Origin: an uncultured Formivibrio sp.
GTDB taxonomy: Bacteria > Pseudomonadota > Gammaproteobacteria > Burkholderiales > Chitinibacteraceae
Direction of reading: 5' to 3'
Assembly (NCBI GenBank): GCA_964291975.1
Contig: CAXYUI010000001.1
Coordinates: 1 to 28,300, forward strand
Length of the DNA: 28,300 nt
This document shows positions 8,144 through 17,293 of the stretch, piece after piece (the stretch's first letter is position 1; each line of letters starts with the position of its first letter). The translations under genes and the position numbers were made by a program. The notes beneath the pieces are model-generated. The model was not told the origin of the DNA. It made no database searches and worked only from the letters and a program-made list of their open reading frames with translations.

Positions 8144-9592
8144 ATGGAAGCGTTTTTTGCCTGGTCATCGCGCTTTGCCACCGGGATCGATGTCGTCGAT
8201 AAGCAGCACCAGGATTTGTTTGAGCTGATTAATCAGCTGCATAGCGCTTTGCAGGATCCGCAGATCGACCTGCCCACGATTCATCGCATTTTCGATAACT
8301 TGCTGCAATACACCGATTACCACTTTCATGACGAGGAACGCCTCATGATTGAGGCTGGCATGGAGGCGGCTTCGCTGGATGGGCATCGGCAAGGGCATGG
8401 CTTGTTTGCGCAGCAGGTGGAATTGGCCGCAAAAAATGACGATGCGCGCAGTCGTGAGTCCATCCAGTCTTTGCTCGATTATTTACTCAACTGGTTGATT
8501 TTCCATGTGCTCGATGCCGACCAGCGCATGGCGCGTGAAATTGCCGCACTACGTTCCGGCGCAACGCCGGAGCGCGCGCGGCTGGCCGGGCAAGAGCCGG
8601 TGGCGACCTCGGTCACGCTGTTAACCCAATCCATGCATGCTTTGCATGCCGCTTACCTGAATGCGCAACAGCGTGTTTTTGAAGAAAACCAGCGCCTAGA
8701 AGAGCTTGTCGCCAAGCGCACGGCGCAGCTGCAAAGCGAGAATCAACGCATGGAGCATTTGCTGGAGCAACTGCAACATGCCCAGATGCAGCTCTTGCAA
8801 TCAGAAAAACTGGCCACCATCGGCCAGCTGGCAGCGGGCGTTGCGCATGAAATCAACAATCCCATCGGTTTTGTAAATTCCAATCTGGGTTCTTTGCAGC
8901 AGTATGTGACTTCGCTTTTGCGTCTAATCGGGCTTTACGAATCGAACGAGCTTGCGCTGGATACCCAAGCGCGGGCGCAAATCGACGCTTTGAAGCGCAC
9001 GATCGAATTGCCTTTTTTGCGGCAAGACATTCTCGATCTTTTGCATGAATCAGCAGAAGGGTTGGATCGGGTCAAGAAAATCGTCCAAGACCTCAAGGAT
9101 TTCGCCCGTGCCGGCGAATCGGAATGGCAGGATGCTGACCTGCATCAGGGGCTGGAATCCACCATCAATGTGGCGTGGAACGAAATCAAATACAAAGCGG
9201 AAATCGTGCGCGAATACGGTGTTTTGCCCTTGGTGCATTGCATGCCGGCACAGCTTAATCAGGTCTTTATGAATCTCTTGGTCAATGCCGCGCAAGCCAT
9301 GCGAGAGCCGGGCGTGATTACCCTGCGCACCGGGGTGGAAGGCGAGCGCGTTTGGGTTGAGGTCGAAGACAACGGCCAGGGCATGAGCCCAGAAATCTGC
9401 GCGCGGGTGTTTGAACCTTTCTTTACCACCAAGCCGGCCGGGCAGGGGACTGGGCTGGGTTTGTCGCTCTCGCACAGCATTGTGCTCAGACATGGTGGCG
9501 AACTCACGGTGCAAAGCACCCCGGGGGTGGGGACGTGTTTTCGCATCAGTTTGCCGGTGGCCGGCCCCGGGGCGGAGGCGAGCGATGCGTAA
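8144..9592 (+). CDS. Bacteriohemerythrin-domain histidine kinase (HK3)
   Basis: N-terminal hemerythrin with all seven di-iron ligands (H22, H60, E64, H81, H85, H121, D126). H-box GQLAAGVAHEINNP; NLLVNA; EDNGQGM; FEPFFTTK; GTGLGL. Confidence 0.9.
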   Translation: MEAFFAWSSRFATGIDVVDKQHQDLFELINQLHSALQDPQIDLPTIHRIFDNLLQYTDYHFHDEERLMIEAGMEAASLDGHRQGHGLFAQQVELAAKNDDARSRESIQSLLDYLLNWLIFHVLDADQRMAREIAALRSGATPERARLAGQEPVATSVTLLTQSMHALHAAYLNAQQRVFEENQRLEELVAKRTAQLQSENQRMEHLLEQLQHAQMQLLQSEKLATIGQLAAGVAHEINNPIGFVNSNLGSLQQYVTSLLRLIGLYESNELALDTQARAQIDALKRTIELPFLRQDILDLLHESAEGLDRVKKIVQDLKDFARAGESEWQDADLHQGLESTINVAWNEIKYKAEIVREYGVLPLVHCMPAQLNQVFMNLLVNAAQAMREPGVITLRTGVEGERVWVEVEDNGQGMSPEICARVFEPFFTTKPAGQGTGLGLSLSHSIVLRHGGELTVQSTPGVGTCFRISLPVAGPGAEASDA

Positions 9593-9625
9593 TGGGCAGG
9601 CCAACTCCGACCAAGCGAGGACATC

Positions 9626-12121
9626 ATGGCTGGATTGATAACCGCATTATTTTTTAGTGGCGATCAGGCCGTGGGCGAGTCTTTGCTCACCCTGTTTGCA
9701 GCGCATCCGGGCAAGGTCTCTTTGCAGCCGATTTTTGGCGTGCAAGAACTGGATATCTTGTTGGATCGAGAAGATATCGGCTGCATTCTGTGCATTCCGC
9801 CCGAAGCCGAAGAGGATCGTGGCTGGTCGGAAATTCTGCGCCGAGCCCAGCGACATTTCCCCGCCGTTCCCTTGATCTTGGTCGGCGCAGCAGGGCGTGC
9901 GCAGTGGCTTGCTGCGCAGGGGCGACATTATGGGGTTAGCGATTGCATTACCTTGGACGATGCGCGTTTATTGCACGAAACCATCGTCGCGGCCAGCTTG
10001 CATCGCCAGCGCATGAAAGCCTGTTACGCCGGCGTGGATGATGAATCCTGCCAGATATTTTCTACCCTGCTCGATAATCACGACGGCCTGTGCGTGACCG
10101 ATGCCGAGGCCAGAATCTTGCTGGTCAACGATGCGTTCACCCGCATTACCGGCTATGCGCAAGAAGAGGTGCGTGGCCAGAATCCGCGCATTTTGCAGTC
10201 GGGCGAACATGATGCTTCGTTCTATCAGCGCATGTGGGAAACCCTGGCGCGCGAGCAGTGCTGGCAGGGCGAAATTCATAATCGACATAAAGATGGCGGG
10301 GTTTTTCGTGAATGGCTGCGGATTGCTGCCGTACACGATATGGCGGGGAGGGTGACGCACTATATCGGTCAGTTCAGTTATCTGGCCGAGCAGATGCGCC
10401 TTGTGGAGCGCATTAACCAGATCGGGCGTGTTGACCTTTTAACCGGTGTGCCCAATCGTTCCCTTTTGCTTGATCGGCTCGATCAAGCGCTGATCAATGC
10501 GCAGCGCAATGCTTGTTATGTCGCGATCATGGTCATCAATATCGATCGTTTCCACCGGATCAACGATGCCCTCGGGCAAAGCACGGGCGATCATGTGCTG
10601 CATGAAGTGGCGCAAAGAATGGCGCAACAAATTCGTCAGGGCGACACGGTGGCGCGCTTGTTTGGGAACGAATTTGGCATCTTGCTCAATGGCCTTACTG
10701 CAGAAGAAGATTGTCAGGCGCTGGCCTTGCGCTTGCGAGCCTGTTTGGTCGAACCCATTGCCAATCAGACCGAATCCTTGGCGCTGACCGCCAGCATCGG
10801 GATCGCGCTGTATCCGCGAGATGGCGAGGATCGGGAATCCTTGTTGAAATCAGCCAATGCCGCACTGGCTCAGGCACGCAGCGAAGGCGGTGATTGCTAT
10901 TGCTTCCACTCGCGGGAGATGGAAAGCGCAGCGCAACGTCGGCAAGTCATTGAAGCGCAATTGCGCCGAGCCTTGGAGCGCCAGGAATTTAGCGTGGCCT
11001 ACCAACCGCAAAACAGCTTAGATAGCGGCAATATCGTGGGGGTTGAGGCGCTATTGCGCTGGAATAACCCCGAACTTGGCGTGGTCGGCCCGGCGGAATT
11101 CATTCCGGTGGCCGAAGAAAGCGGTTTGATTATTCCGATCGGCGCTTGGGTGCTGGAGCAAAGCTGCGCGCAAAACAAGGAATGGCTCGATCTGGGACTC
11201 GCGCGCCTGCGAGTGGCGGTGAACTTGTCGGCGCGCCAGTTCCGCAATCAAAGTCTGGTGGATGATGTGGCCGCCATTCTCAAAAAGACCGGCTTGCCGG
11301 CCGAATATCTGGAACTGGAAATCACCGAATCCTCGCTGATTCACGATATGGATTCAGCGATCAATACCTGCAAACGCATCAAGGCGCTGGGCATCAAGTT
11401 GTCGCTGGATGATTTTGGCACCGGCTATTCCTCCCTGACCTACGTTTCTCGCTTGCCGTTTGACAAGCTCAAGATCGACCAAAGTTTTGTGCGCGACATC
11501 ACCCAGAATCCGGCCAATGCCGCAATCGCCACGGCCACCATTGCCATCGCGCGCGGACTCAACCAGTCGGTGCTGGCCGAAGGCGTGGAAACCGAAGCGC
11601 AGGCGATGTTCTTGCGCGCGCGCCATTGCGATGCGATTCAGGGCTTTTTGTTCAGCCATCCAGTTCCTGCCGATTCGGTCACCCAGTTGCTCGCCAGCAA
11701 GGCGCGGCTGCAACTGGGCGGGCAAGCGTGTCAGACCGAACTGGCGCTCTTGGTGGTGGATGATGAACCGTCGATTCTCAACGCCATGCGGCGACTGTTC
11801 CGCCATGAATCCTTCCAGGTTCTGGTTGCCAACAATAGCGAAGAGGCGTTTGAAATCTTGGCGCAGCGCCCGATACAGGTCATCGTTTCCGATCAGCGCA
11901 TGCCCGGCATGACCGGCACGGAATTTTTCACCCGGGTGCGTCAACTCTATCCGGACACCATGCGCATTATTTTGTCCGGCTACACCGAACTGGAAACCGT
12001 GATCGAAGCCATCAATCGCGGCGCCATCTACAAATTCCTCACCAAACCTTGGGATGACGAACAATTGCGCGAGCAAGTGCGCGAAGCTTTCCGGCTGGCG
12101 GGGAGCGGAGAGTCGCGATGA
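9626..12121 (+). CDS. Pseudo-REC - PAS - degenerate GGDEF - EAL - REC protein; predicted c-di-GMP phosphodiesterase
   Basis: SD GAGGA upstream. PAS motif NDAFTRITGY. GGDEF site reads FGNEF. EAL motifs EALLRW, NLS, ELEITES, DDFGTGYSSL, KIDQSF, EGVET, QG. C-terminal REC motifs VVDDE, SDQRMP, KPW. Confidence 0.9.
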   Translation: MAGLITALFFSGDQAVGESLLTLFAAHPGKVSLQPIFGVQELDILLDREDIGCILCIPPEAEEDRGWSEILRRAQRHFPAVPLILVGAAGRAQWLAAQGRHYGVSDCITLDDARLLHETIVAASLHRQRMKACYAGVDDESCQIFSTLLDNHDGLCVTDAEARILLVNDAFTRITGYAQEEVRGQNPRILQSGEHDASFYQRMWETLAREQCWQGEIHNRHKDGGVFREWLRIAAVHDMAGRVTHYIGQFSYLAEQMRLVERINQIGRVDLLTGVPNRSLLLDRLDQALINAQRNACYVAIMVINIDRFHRINDALGQSTGDHVLHEVAQRMAQQIRQGDTVARLFGNEFGILLNGLTAEEDCQALALRLRACLVEPIANQTESLALTASIGIALYPRDGEDRESLLKSANAALAQARSEGGDCYCFHSREMESAAQRRQVIEAQLRRALERQEFSVAYQPQNSLDSGNIVGVEALLRWNNPELGVVGPAEFIPVAEESGLIIPIGAWVLEQSCAQNKEWLDLGLARLRVAVNLSARQFRNQSLVDDVAAILKKTGLPAEYLELEITESSLIHDMDSAINTCKRIKALGIKLSLDDFGTGYSSLTYVSRLPFDKLKIDQSFVRDITQNPANAAIATATIAIARGLNQSVLAEGVETEAQAMFLRARHCDAIQGFLFSHPVPADSVTQLLASKARLQLGGQACQTELALLVVDDEPSILNAMRRLFRHESFQVLVANNSEEAFEILAQRPIQVIVSDQRMPGMTGTEFFTRVRQLYPDTMRIILSGYTELETVIEAINRGAIYKFLTKPWDDEQLREQVREAFRLAGSGESR

Positions 12122-15100
12122 AGAAGCTCCGGCTCGCTTTGTTTCGCTTTGGCTTAGGGCGCAACTTGCTTGTGCTTTTTATCCTTGCGCTCATTAGCAT
12201 CACCTTGGCCGGTCGCTATCAGATTCGTCAGAGTCGCCAAGACGCCTTGGCTGGACTGCAAGTTTTGGCGCAATTAAAAGCCGAAGAAATCCGGCGTTGG
12301 CTGGAAGAAAAGCGCGCCAGCATCATCCAGCCCGATTCGGGCTATCTGGCCAGCGCTTTAATGCAATGGCAATCCGCACGCCCAGAGCCAAATCGAGATG
12401 AGTTATTCCGGCAAAAATTAGCGTTTTATCTGGCTCGTTATCCGGAAGCCAGCCGGGTGGTGGTGCTGGATGCCGCCGGCGCTTTTATCATCAGCTCGGA
12501 TTCTGCGCAGACCGAACAAGCGCTTCCTGCCGATTTTTCGTTAGAGATGCCGGCCAGTCCGGCGCAACTGGTCAATTTTCATGCGGATGAGCGTGGTCAG
12601 CCGCGCTTGGGCTTTCTGACCCCACTGATCTATGCCGGGCAACGTCAGGGTTTTGTCCTGATTGAATTCGATCCGCAGCGCGAGTTGTATCCCTCTCTGA
12701 ATCAGTGGCCGGGCTTGTCTGACTCAGGCGAAATACTGTTGTACCGGCGTATTCATCAAGAGATTGAATACCTCAGTCCTTTGCGCAAAGAAGCGCTGTT
12801 GCCCTTGAGTCGGCACCCGTCTTCCGCGAGCGAACCCCAAATTACCGCGCAGCAACGCCAGTCTGGTTTTGGTGACCGTGGTTTTGATACGCAAGGGCGG
12901 CCAGTATTGCGTGCGATTTATCCGGTCAAGGGAACCGACTGGGTGGTGGCGGCGCGTATTGCCTTGCTGGAAGCCGACCGACGGGCATGGGTCGACATCC
13001 TGCTGTTCTCGCTGTTTCTGGCTTTGCTGCTGGGGAGTCTGGCGCTCATTTTGCATCTGAGTAATCGGCGCCCCGCCGCGGTTGCCTCGGAGGCGCAGCG
13101 TCAGCATGACAAGCGTCTTTTGCTCGATTTTATCGATGCCGTGCCAGAAAGCCTGTTCATGCTCGATCGCCAGGGGCAAGTTTTGGTGATGAATGTGACC
13201 GGCGCTGAACGCTTGGGGCTGACGCCGCAGCAGATTATTGGTCGGAAAGTGTGGGATCTACTCCCTCTTAGCTTGCGAGAAAAGCGTCAACACATCGCCG
13301 AAAGTGTGTTCCGTGAGCGCAAGCCCAAGATGATTGCGGACAGTCGCGATCAGCGGCATTTTTTAACCTACATCTACCCCAGCCAGAATGGCGAGACTTG
13401 CGTTTATGTCGGTATGGACGTGACCGAGCGCAAGCAGATCGAAACCGCCTTGCGTGAGCGCGATGAACTGCTGCGCAGCCTGAGCGATCAGCTCCCGGAC
13501 AGTTTTCTGTATCGGCTCTGTGTCTATCCGGACGGACGCCGGCAATTTCTCTATATCAGTGCGGGTATTGAGGCGATACACGGGGTGTCATCAGAACAGG
13601 TGCTGGCGGATGCCTCCTCCATCTACGATCTGGTTGATCCGCAGCGCCGGGATGAGCTGGCGCAAGCCGAGGCGCGTTGTTTGCAATCTTTGTCTGACTT
13701 GCACACGACGGTGCGCATGCGCCGCGCTGATGGTTCCTGGGGCTGGTTCACCTTGCATTCACATCCGCATATTGCTGAGAACGGCGTCACCATTTGGGAT
13801 GGACTGGCCTCTGACATTACCGAAATTCGTGAAAATGAATTGCAACTGGCCAGCCAGGCGCGCCGCACCGCCGCTTTATTAAGCCTGCCCGCGCAAGCAG
13901 AAGCGCAAAGCGAAAATGATTTCCTGCAGTACAGCCTTGATATTGCCGAAGGGTTGACGGGCAGCCGTATTTCCTTCCTGCATTTCGTACACGAAGATCA
14001 AAACCAGATCGAGCTCTTGTGCTGGTCGCGCAAGACGCTGGCGCACTATTGCCATGCCATGTTTTCACGGCACTACGCTGTGGAAAAAGCCGGAATCTGG
14101 GCGGATGCGTTTCGCCTGCGCCAACCGGTTGTCGTTAATGATTACGCCGCGGCACAAGGCAAGCATGGCTTGCCGCCAGGTCATGCCCACTTGCAGCGCA
14201 TGGTTTGTGTGCCGGTGATTGAGGATGGCCAGGTTCGTTTGGTGGCAGGGATTGGCAATAAGGATGACGACTACACCGATTACGATGTGGAAACCTTGCA
14301 ATTGATCGCCAACCAGGCTTGGCGGATTGCTCATCGACGTCGCGTGGAGCGTGATTTACGCAAGATTGCGCAGGTGGTTGAAGCCAGCCCGGCGGTATGT
14401 TTCCGTTGGGATGCCAGTGATGGTTGGCCGGTGCAGTTTGTTTCGGACAATGTGCGGCGCTGGGGCTATGAGCCGCAGCAACTTATTTCAGGGGAAATCA
14501 GCTTTACCTCGCTGATTCACCCCGACGATTTGCCGCGAATTGCCGAAGAAGTAAAAACCTATGTGCAGCAAGGATTACAAAGTTACGATCAGGAATACCG
14601 CTTGTGTTGTGCCGATGGCCGCTACATCTGGGTGCTCGATCACACCATGATCCAGCGCGATGCCAATGGGCAGGCGCAAATGATTGAAGGCGTGTTGTCT
14701 GATATGAGCGAGTACAAGGCGCAGCAATTGGCGCTGGAAGAAAGTCTGGAAAATCAATATGCGCTCAATCGCCGTTTGGAAGATGCGCAAACCCAGTTGT
14801 TGCAATCAGAAAAACTGGCCGCAATTGGGCAATTGGCCGCAGGCGTGGCGCATGAACTCAATAACCCGATCGGGTTTGTGTATTCCAATTTGGGGACGCT
14901 GACGGAATATGTGACCGGCTTGATCACCATTTGCGATGCGTATGCGCAATTGAGCGAAAGCCAGCATCCAGATTGTCCTGGATTGGGTGAAATTCAGCGC
15001 ATCAAGCAAGATCAGGATTACGACTATTTGCGCAGCGATATCTTTCCGCTGCTCGATGAATCGCGGGAAGGGTTGATTCGTGTGCGCAAGATTGTGCAGG

Positions 15101-15603
15101 ATTTGCGCGATTTTTCCCGCGCAGGCAATCAGGAGTGGGAAGCGGCCAATCTGCACAAGGGCATTGATTCCACGCTGAATATTGTGGCCAATGAACTCAA
15201 ATACAAATGCACCGTGGTGAAAGAATATGGTGAATTGCCCGATGTGGTTTGCGTGATTTCGCAATTGAATCAGGTGTTTCTGAACCTGTTTGTGAATGCC
15301 GCCCAAGCCATTGAAAAGCAAGGCACGATTACCGTAAAAAGCGGCATGGACGATGCGGAGCATGTCTGGATCAGCATCGCCGATACGGGGCAAGGCATTG
15401 CCCCTGATAACCTGAAGCGGATTTTTGATCCTTTCTTCACCACCAAGCCGGTGGGAATGGGAACCGGGCTGGGGCTGGCGCTGGTGTTTGGCATCATCTC
15501 CCGCCATCACGGCCGCATTGAGGTGAGCAGCGAAGTGGGCAAGGGTACGACTTTCCGTATTATTTTGCCGGTGCAACAACCTGCGCCTGAGGCCAAACCA
15601 TAA
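12118..15603 (+). CDS. Membrane-bound multi-sensor histidine kinase (TM - periplasmic Cache-like - TM - PAS - PAS - GAF - PAS - HisKA - HATPase) (HK4)
   Basis: Two hydrophobic segments flanking about 250 aa; PAS/PAC-like repeats; GAF-like RMVCVPVIEDGQVRLVAGIGNK; H-box GQLAAGVAHELNNP; complete ATPase boxes; ATGA overlap. Confidence 0.88.
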   Translation: MKKLRLALFRFGLGRNLLVLFILALISITLAGRYQIRQSRQDALAGLQVLAQLKAEEIRRWLEEKRASIIQPDSGYLASALMQWQSARPEPNRDELFRQKLAFYLARYPEASRVVVLDAAGAFIISSDSAQTEQALPADFSLEMPASPAQLVNFHADERGQPRLGFLTPLIYAGQRQGFVLIEFDPQRELYPSLNQWPGLSDSGEILLYRRIHQEIEYLSPLRKEALLPLSRHPSSASEPQITAQQRQSGFGDRGFDTQGRPVLRAIYPVKGTDWVVAARIALLEADRRAWVDILLFSLFLALLLGSLALILHLSNRRPAAVASEAQRQHDKRLLLDFIDAVPESLFMLDRQGQVLVMNVTGAERLGLTPQQIIGRKVWDLLPLSLREKRQHIAESVFRERKPKMIADSRDQRHFLTYIYPSQNGETCVYVGMDVTERKQIETALRERDELLRSLSDQLPDSFLYRLCVYPDGRRQFLYISAGIEAIHGVSSEQVLADASSIYDLVDPQRRDELAQAEARCLQSLSDLHTTVRMRRADGSWGWFTLHSHPHIAENGVTIWDGLASDITEIRENELQLASQARRTAALLSLPAQAEAQSENDFLQYSLDIAEGLTGSRISFLHFVHEDQNQIELLCWSRKTLAHYCHAMFSRHYAVEKAGIWADAFRLRQPVVVNDYAAAQGKHGLPPGHAHLQRMVCVPVIEDGQVRLVAGIGNKDDDYTDYDVETLQLIANQAWRIAHRRRVERDLRKIAQVVEASPAVCFRWDASDGWPVQFVSDNVRRWGYEPQQLISGEISFTSLIHPDDLPRIAEEVKTYVQQGLQSYDQEYRLCCADGRYIWVLDHTMIQRDANGQAQMIEGVLSDMSEYKAQQLALEESLENQYALNRRLEDAQTQLLQSEKLAAIGQLAAGVAHELNNPIGFVYSNLGTLTEYVTGLITICDAYAQLSESQHPDCPGLGEIQRIKQDQDYDYLRSDIFPLLDESREGLIRVRKIVQDLRDFSRAGNQEWEAANLHKGIDSTLNIVANELKYKCTVVKEYGELPDVVCVISQLNQVFLNLFVNAAQAIEKQGTITVKSGMDDAEHVWISIADTGQGIAPDNLKRIFDPFFTTKPVGMGTGLGLALVFGIISRHHGRIEVSSEVGKGTTFRIILPVQQPAPEAKP

Positions 15604-15665
15604 AGGGGAAATAAGCCTTAAATGGCTTCCTCATCAACCCCGAAGCGCTGGCGACCAAGGCGGTG

Positions 15666-17069
15666 TTACCGCGACACGTGGCCGGAAACTTCTTCGCCGG
15701 CGTTGGCCGGCAGGCGCAGAAAACTGAACGCTGCCACCAGCGCTAATAATCCGTTCAGAACAAAAGCCAAGCGGAAATCAAACAATCCAGGATGAGCCGC
15801 GCCACGCCATAGCGGCACCAGTTGCAGCAATAACGCCGACCAGGCCACGCCCACCAACATGGCCAGTTGCTGCAACATGCTGGTCAGCGTACTGGCCGAG
15901 CTGCGCGCCTGGTGATCCAGATCGGCAAACGCAAACGTAGCCAATGAAGTGAACTGCATGGAGCGGGATAAACCGGCCAAAAAGAGGCTGCTCATCATCA
16001 GCCACTTGGCCGTTTCGGGCGTAAACAGCGCACAGGCCGCGATCGACAATCCGCATAAAACGCCGTTGAAAAACAGGACACGACGGAAACCAAAGGTGCG
16101 CAGCATGCGCGTCGTGATCGCCTTCATGCCGAAATTACCCAGGAAATAGGCAAACAGAAAACTGCTGGCTGCCAGTGCGGAAAGGCCAAAGCCTAATTGG
16201 TAAAAAAGTGGCAGCAAAAAAGGCGTGGCACTGATCGCGATGCGAATCCAGGTGCCCGCCGAGAGCGTGGAAAGCGCAAAACTTTGAATGGCAAAAGGGC
16301 GCAAGTCGGGAAAGGGAACGGCGACCCGGCGAAGATGCCGCACGGCGATCCAGCCGAGCAGACTGCCGCCTGCGATCAAGAGCCAAGGCGCTACATGGCG
16401 GATCAGGCCATGGCTTAATACTTCCAGCCCGTAAAGCAGCATGGCCAGGGACATGGCGGTGTAGACAAAACCCGGCCAGTCCAGTTTGCGCCCGGTATCG
16501 CCTTGGGTTTCCGGTAAAAACCGTCGAGCCAGTAAAAAACCAGCCAGCCCGATGGGCAGATTCAAGAGGAAGTTCCAGCGCCAACCGATGTAGGTGGTGA
16601 TGAAGCCGCCGACAATCGGACCGATGACGGGTGCAACCAGTGCGGGAAAGGTGATGAAGGTATTGGCCTCTAGTAATTCTGATTTACTGGCTTGGCGCAG
16701 CACAATGATGCGTCCGATCGGCACCATCATCGCGCCGCCTATGCCTTGTAGTGCGCGCGCCAAGATAAATTGCATCAGGTCTTGCGCCAGTCCGCAGGCC
16801 AGAGAGCCCAGTGTGAAAATCAGAATCGCCGCAAGAAAAACACGCAAGGCTGAAAAACGCTCCGCCAACCAGGCGGAAAGCGGCATGAAGATGGCGACGA
16901 CCAGCATGTAAGTGGTGACGCCAATGCTCATTTGCACCGGCAGTACGCCCAAACTTTGCGCCATCTGCGGCAATGAGGTGTTGATGATCGCGCCGTCGAG
17001 CATCTGCATGAAAGCAGCGCTGGCTACGATCATCGCAGTCCGGCGGGTGAGGGGATGCAGGCTACTCAT
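15666..17069 (-). CDS. MFS transporter, DHA2 (EmrB/QacA-like) drug:H+ antiporter family
   Basis: Motifs FMQMLDGAIINTSLP, ARALQGIGGA, GPIVGGFITTYIGWRWNFLLNLPIG, and many TM segments. Start placed at ATG17069 (SD GGAG upstream) instead of 17141. Confidence 0.88.
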   Translation of the reverse strand: MSSLHPLTRRTAMIVASAAFMQMLDGAIINTSLPQMAQSLGVLPVQMSIGVTTYMLVVAIFMPLSAWLAERFSALRVFLAAILIFTLGSLACGLAQDLMQFILARALQGIGGAMMVPIGRIIVLRQASKSELLEANTFITFPALVAPVIGPIVGGFITTYIGWRWNFLLNLPIGLAGFLLARRFLPETQGDTGRKLDWPGFVYTAMSLAMLLYGLEVLSHGLIRHVAPWLLIAGGSLLGWIAVRHLRRVAVPFPDLRPFAIQSFALSTLSAGTWIRIAISATPFLLPLFYQLGFGLSALAASSFLFAYFLGNFGMKAITTRMLRTFGFRRVLFFNGVLCGLSIAACALFTPETAKWLMMSSLFLAGLSRSMQFTSLATFAFADLDHQARSSASTLTSMLQQLAMLVGVAWSALLLQLVPLWRGAAHPGLFDFRLAFVLNGLLALVAAFSFLRLPANAGEEVSGHVSR

Positions 17070-17208
17070 GGCAGCTCCGTGAAACGGTGAACGGAAAATT
17101 GGTGATCGTAGCTTGTGCGGATGCACCGGACGCTTGCGCACGCTAGCACAACTCCTTTGTCGCTAAAAAGCCGGCTTTGCGCAGGGCAGGTTTATTTTGC
17201 ATCGACGC

Positions 17209-17248
17209 AAAAAAAACAGGCTCATGTCTTGGACATGAACCTGTTTTT
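17209..17248 (-). terminator. Rho-independent terminator of rne (potentially bidirectional)
   Basis: On the - strand CAGGTTCATGTC-CAA-GACATGAGCCTG (12-bp stem with one U-G pair) followed by T8; T5 on the opposite side. Confidence 0.85.
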
Positions 17249-17293
17249 AATCACTTGCAGCAGGATGTTCCGGCAACAAGCGATCGCATCGCC

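Noticed and set aside
15604-15665. AAGCC/GGCTT hairpin between HK4 and the MFS gene
   Set aside because: Only a 5-bp stem and no clear U-tract; too weak to call a terminator.
17070-17141. N-terminal extension of the MFS ORF
   Set aside because: ATG17069 has an SD and the extension is not transporter-like.
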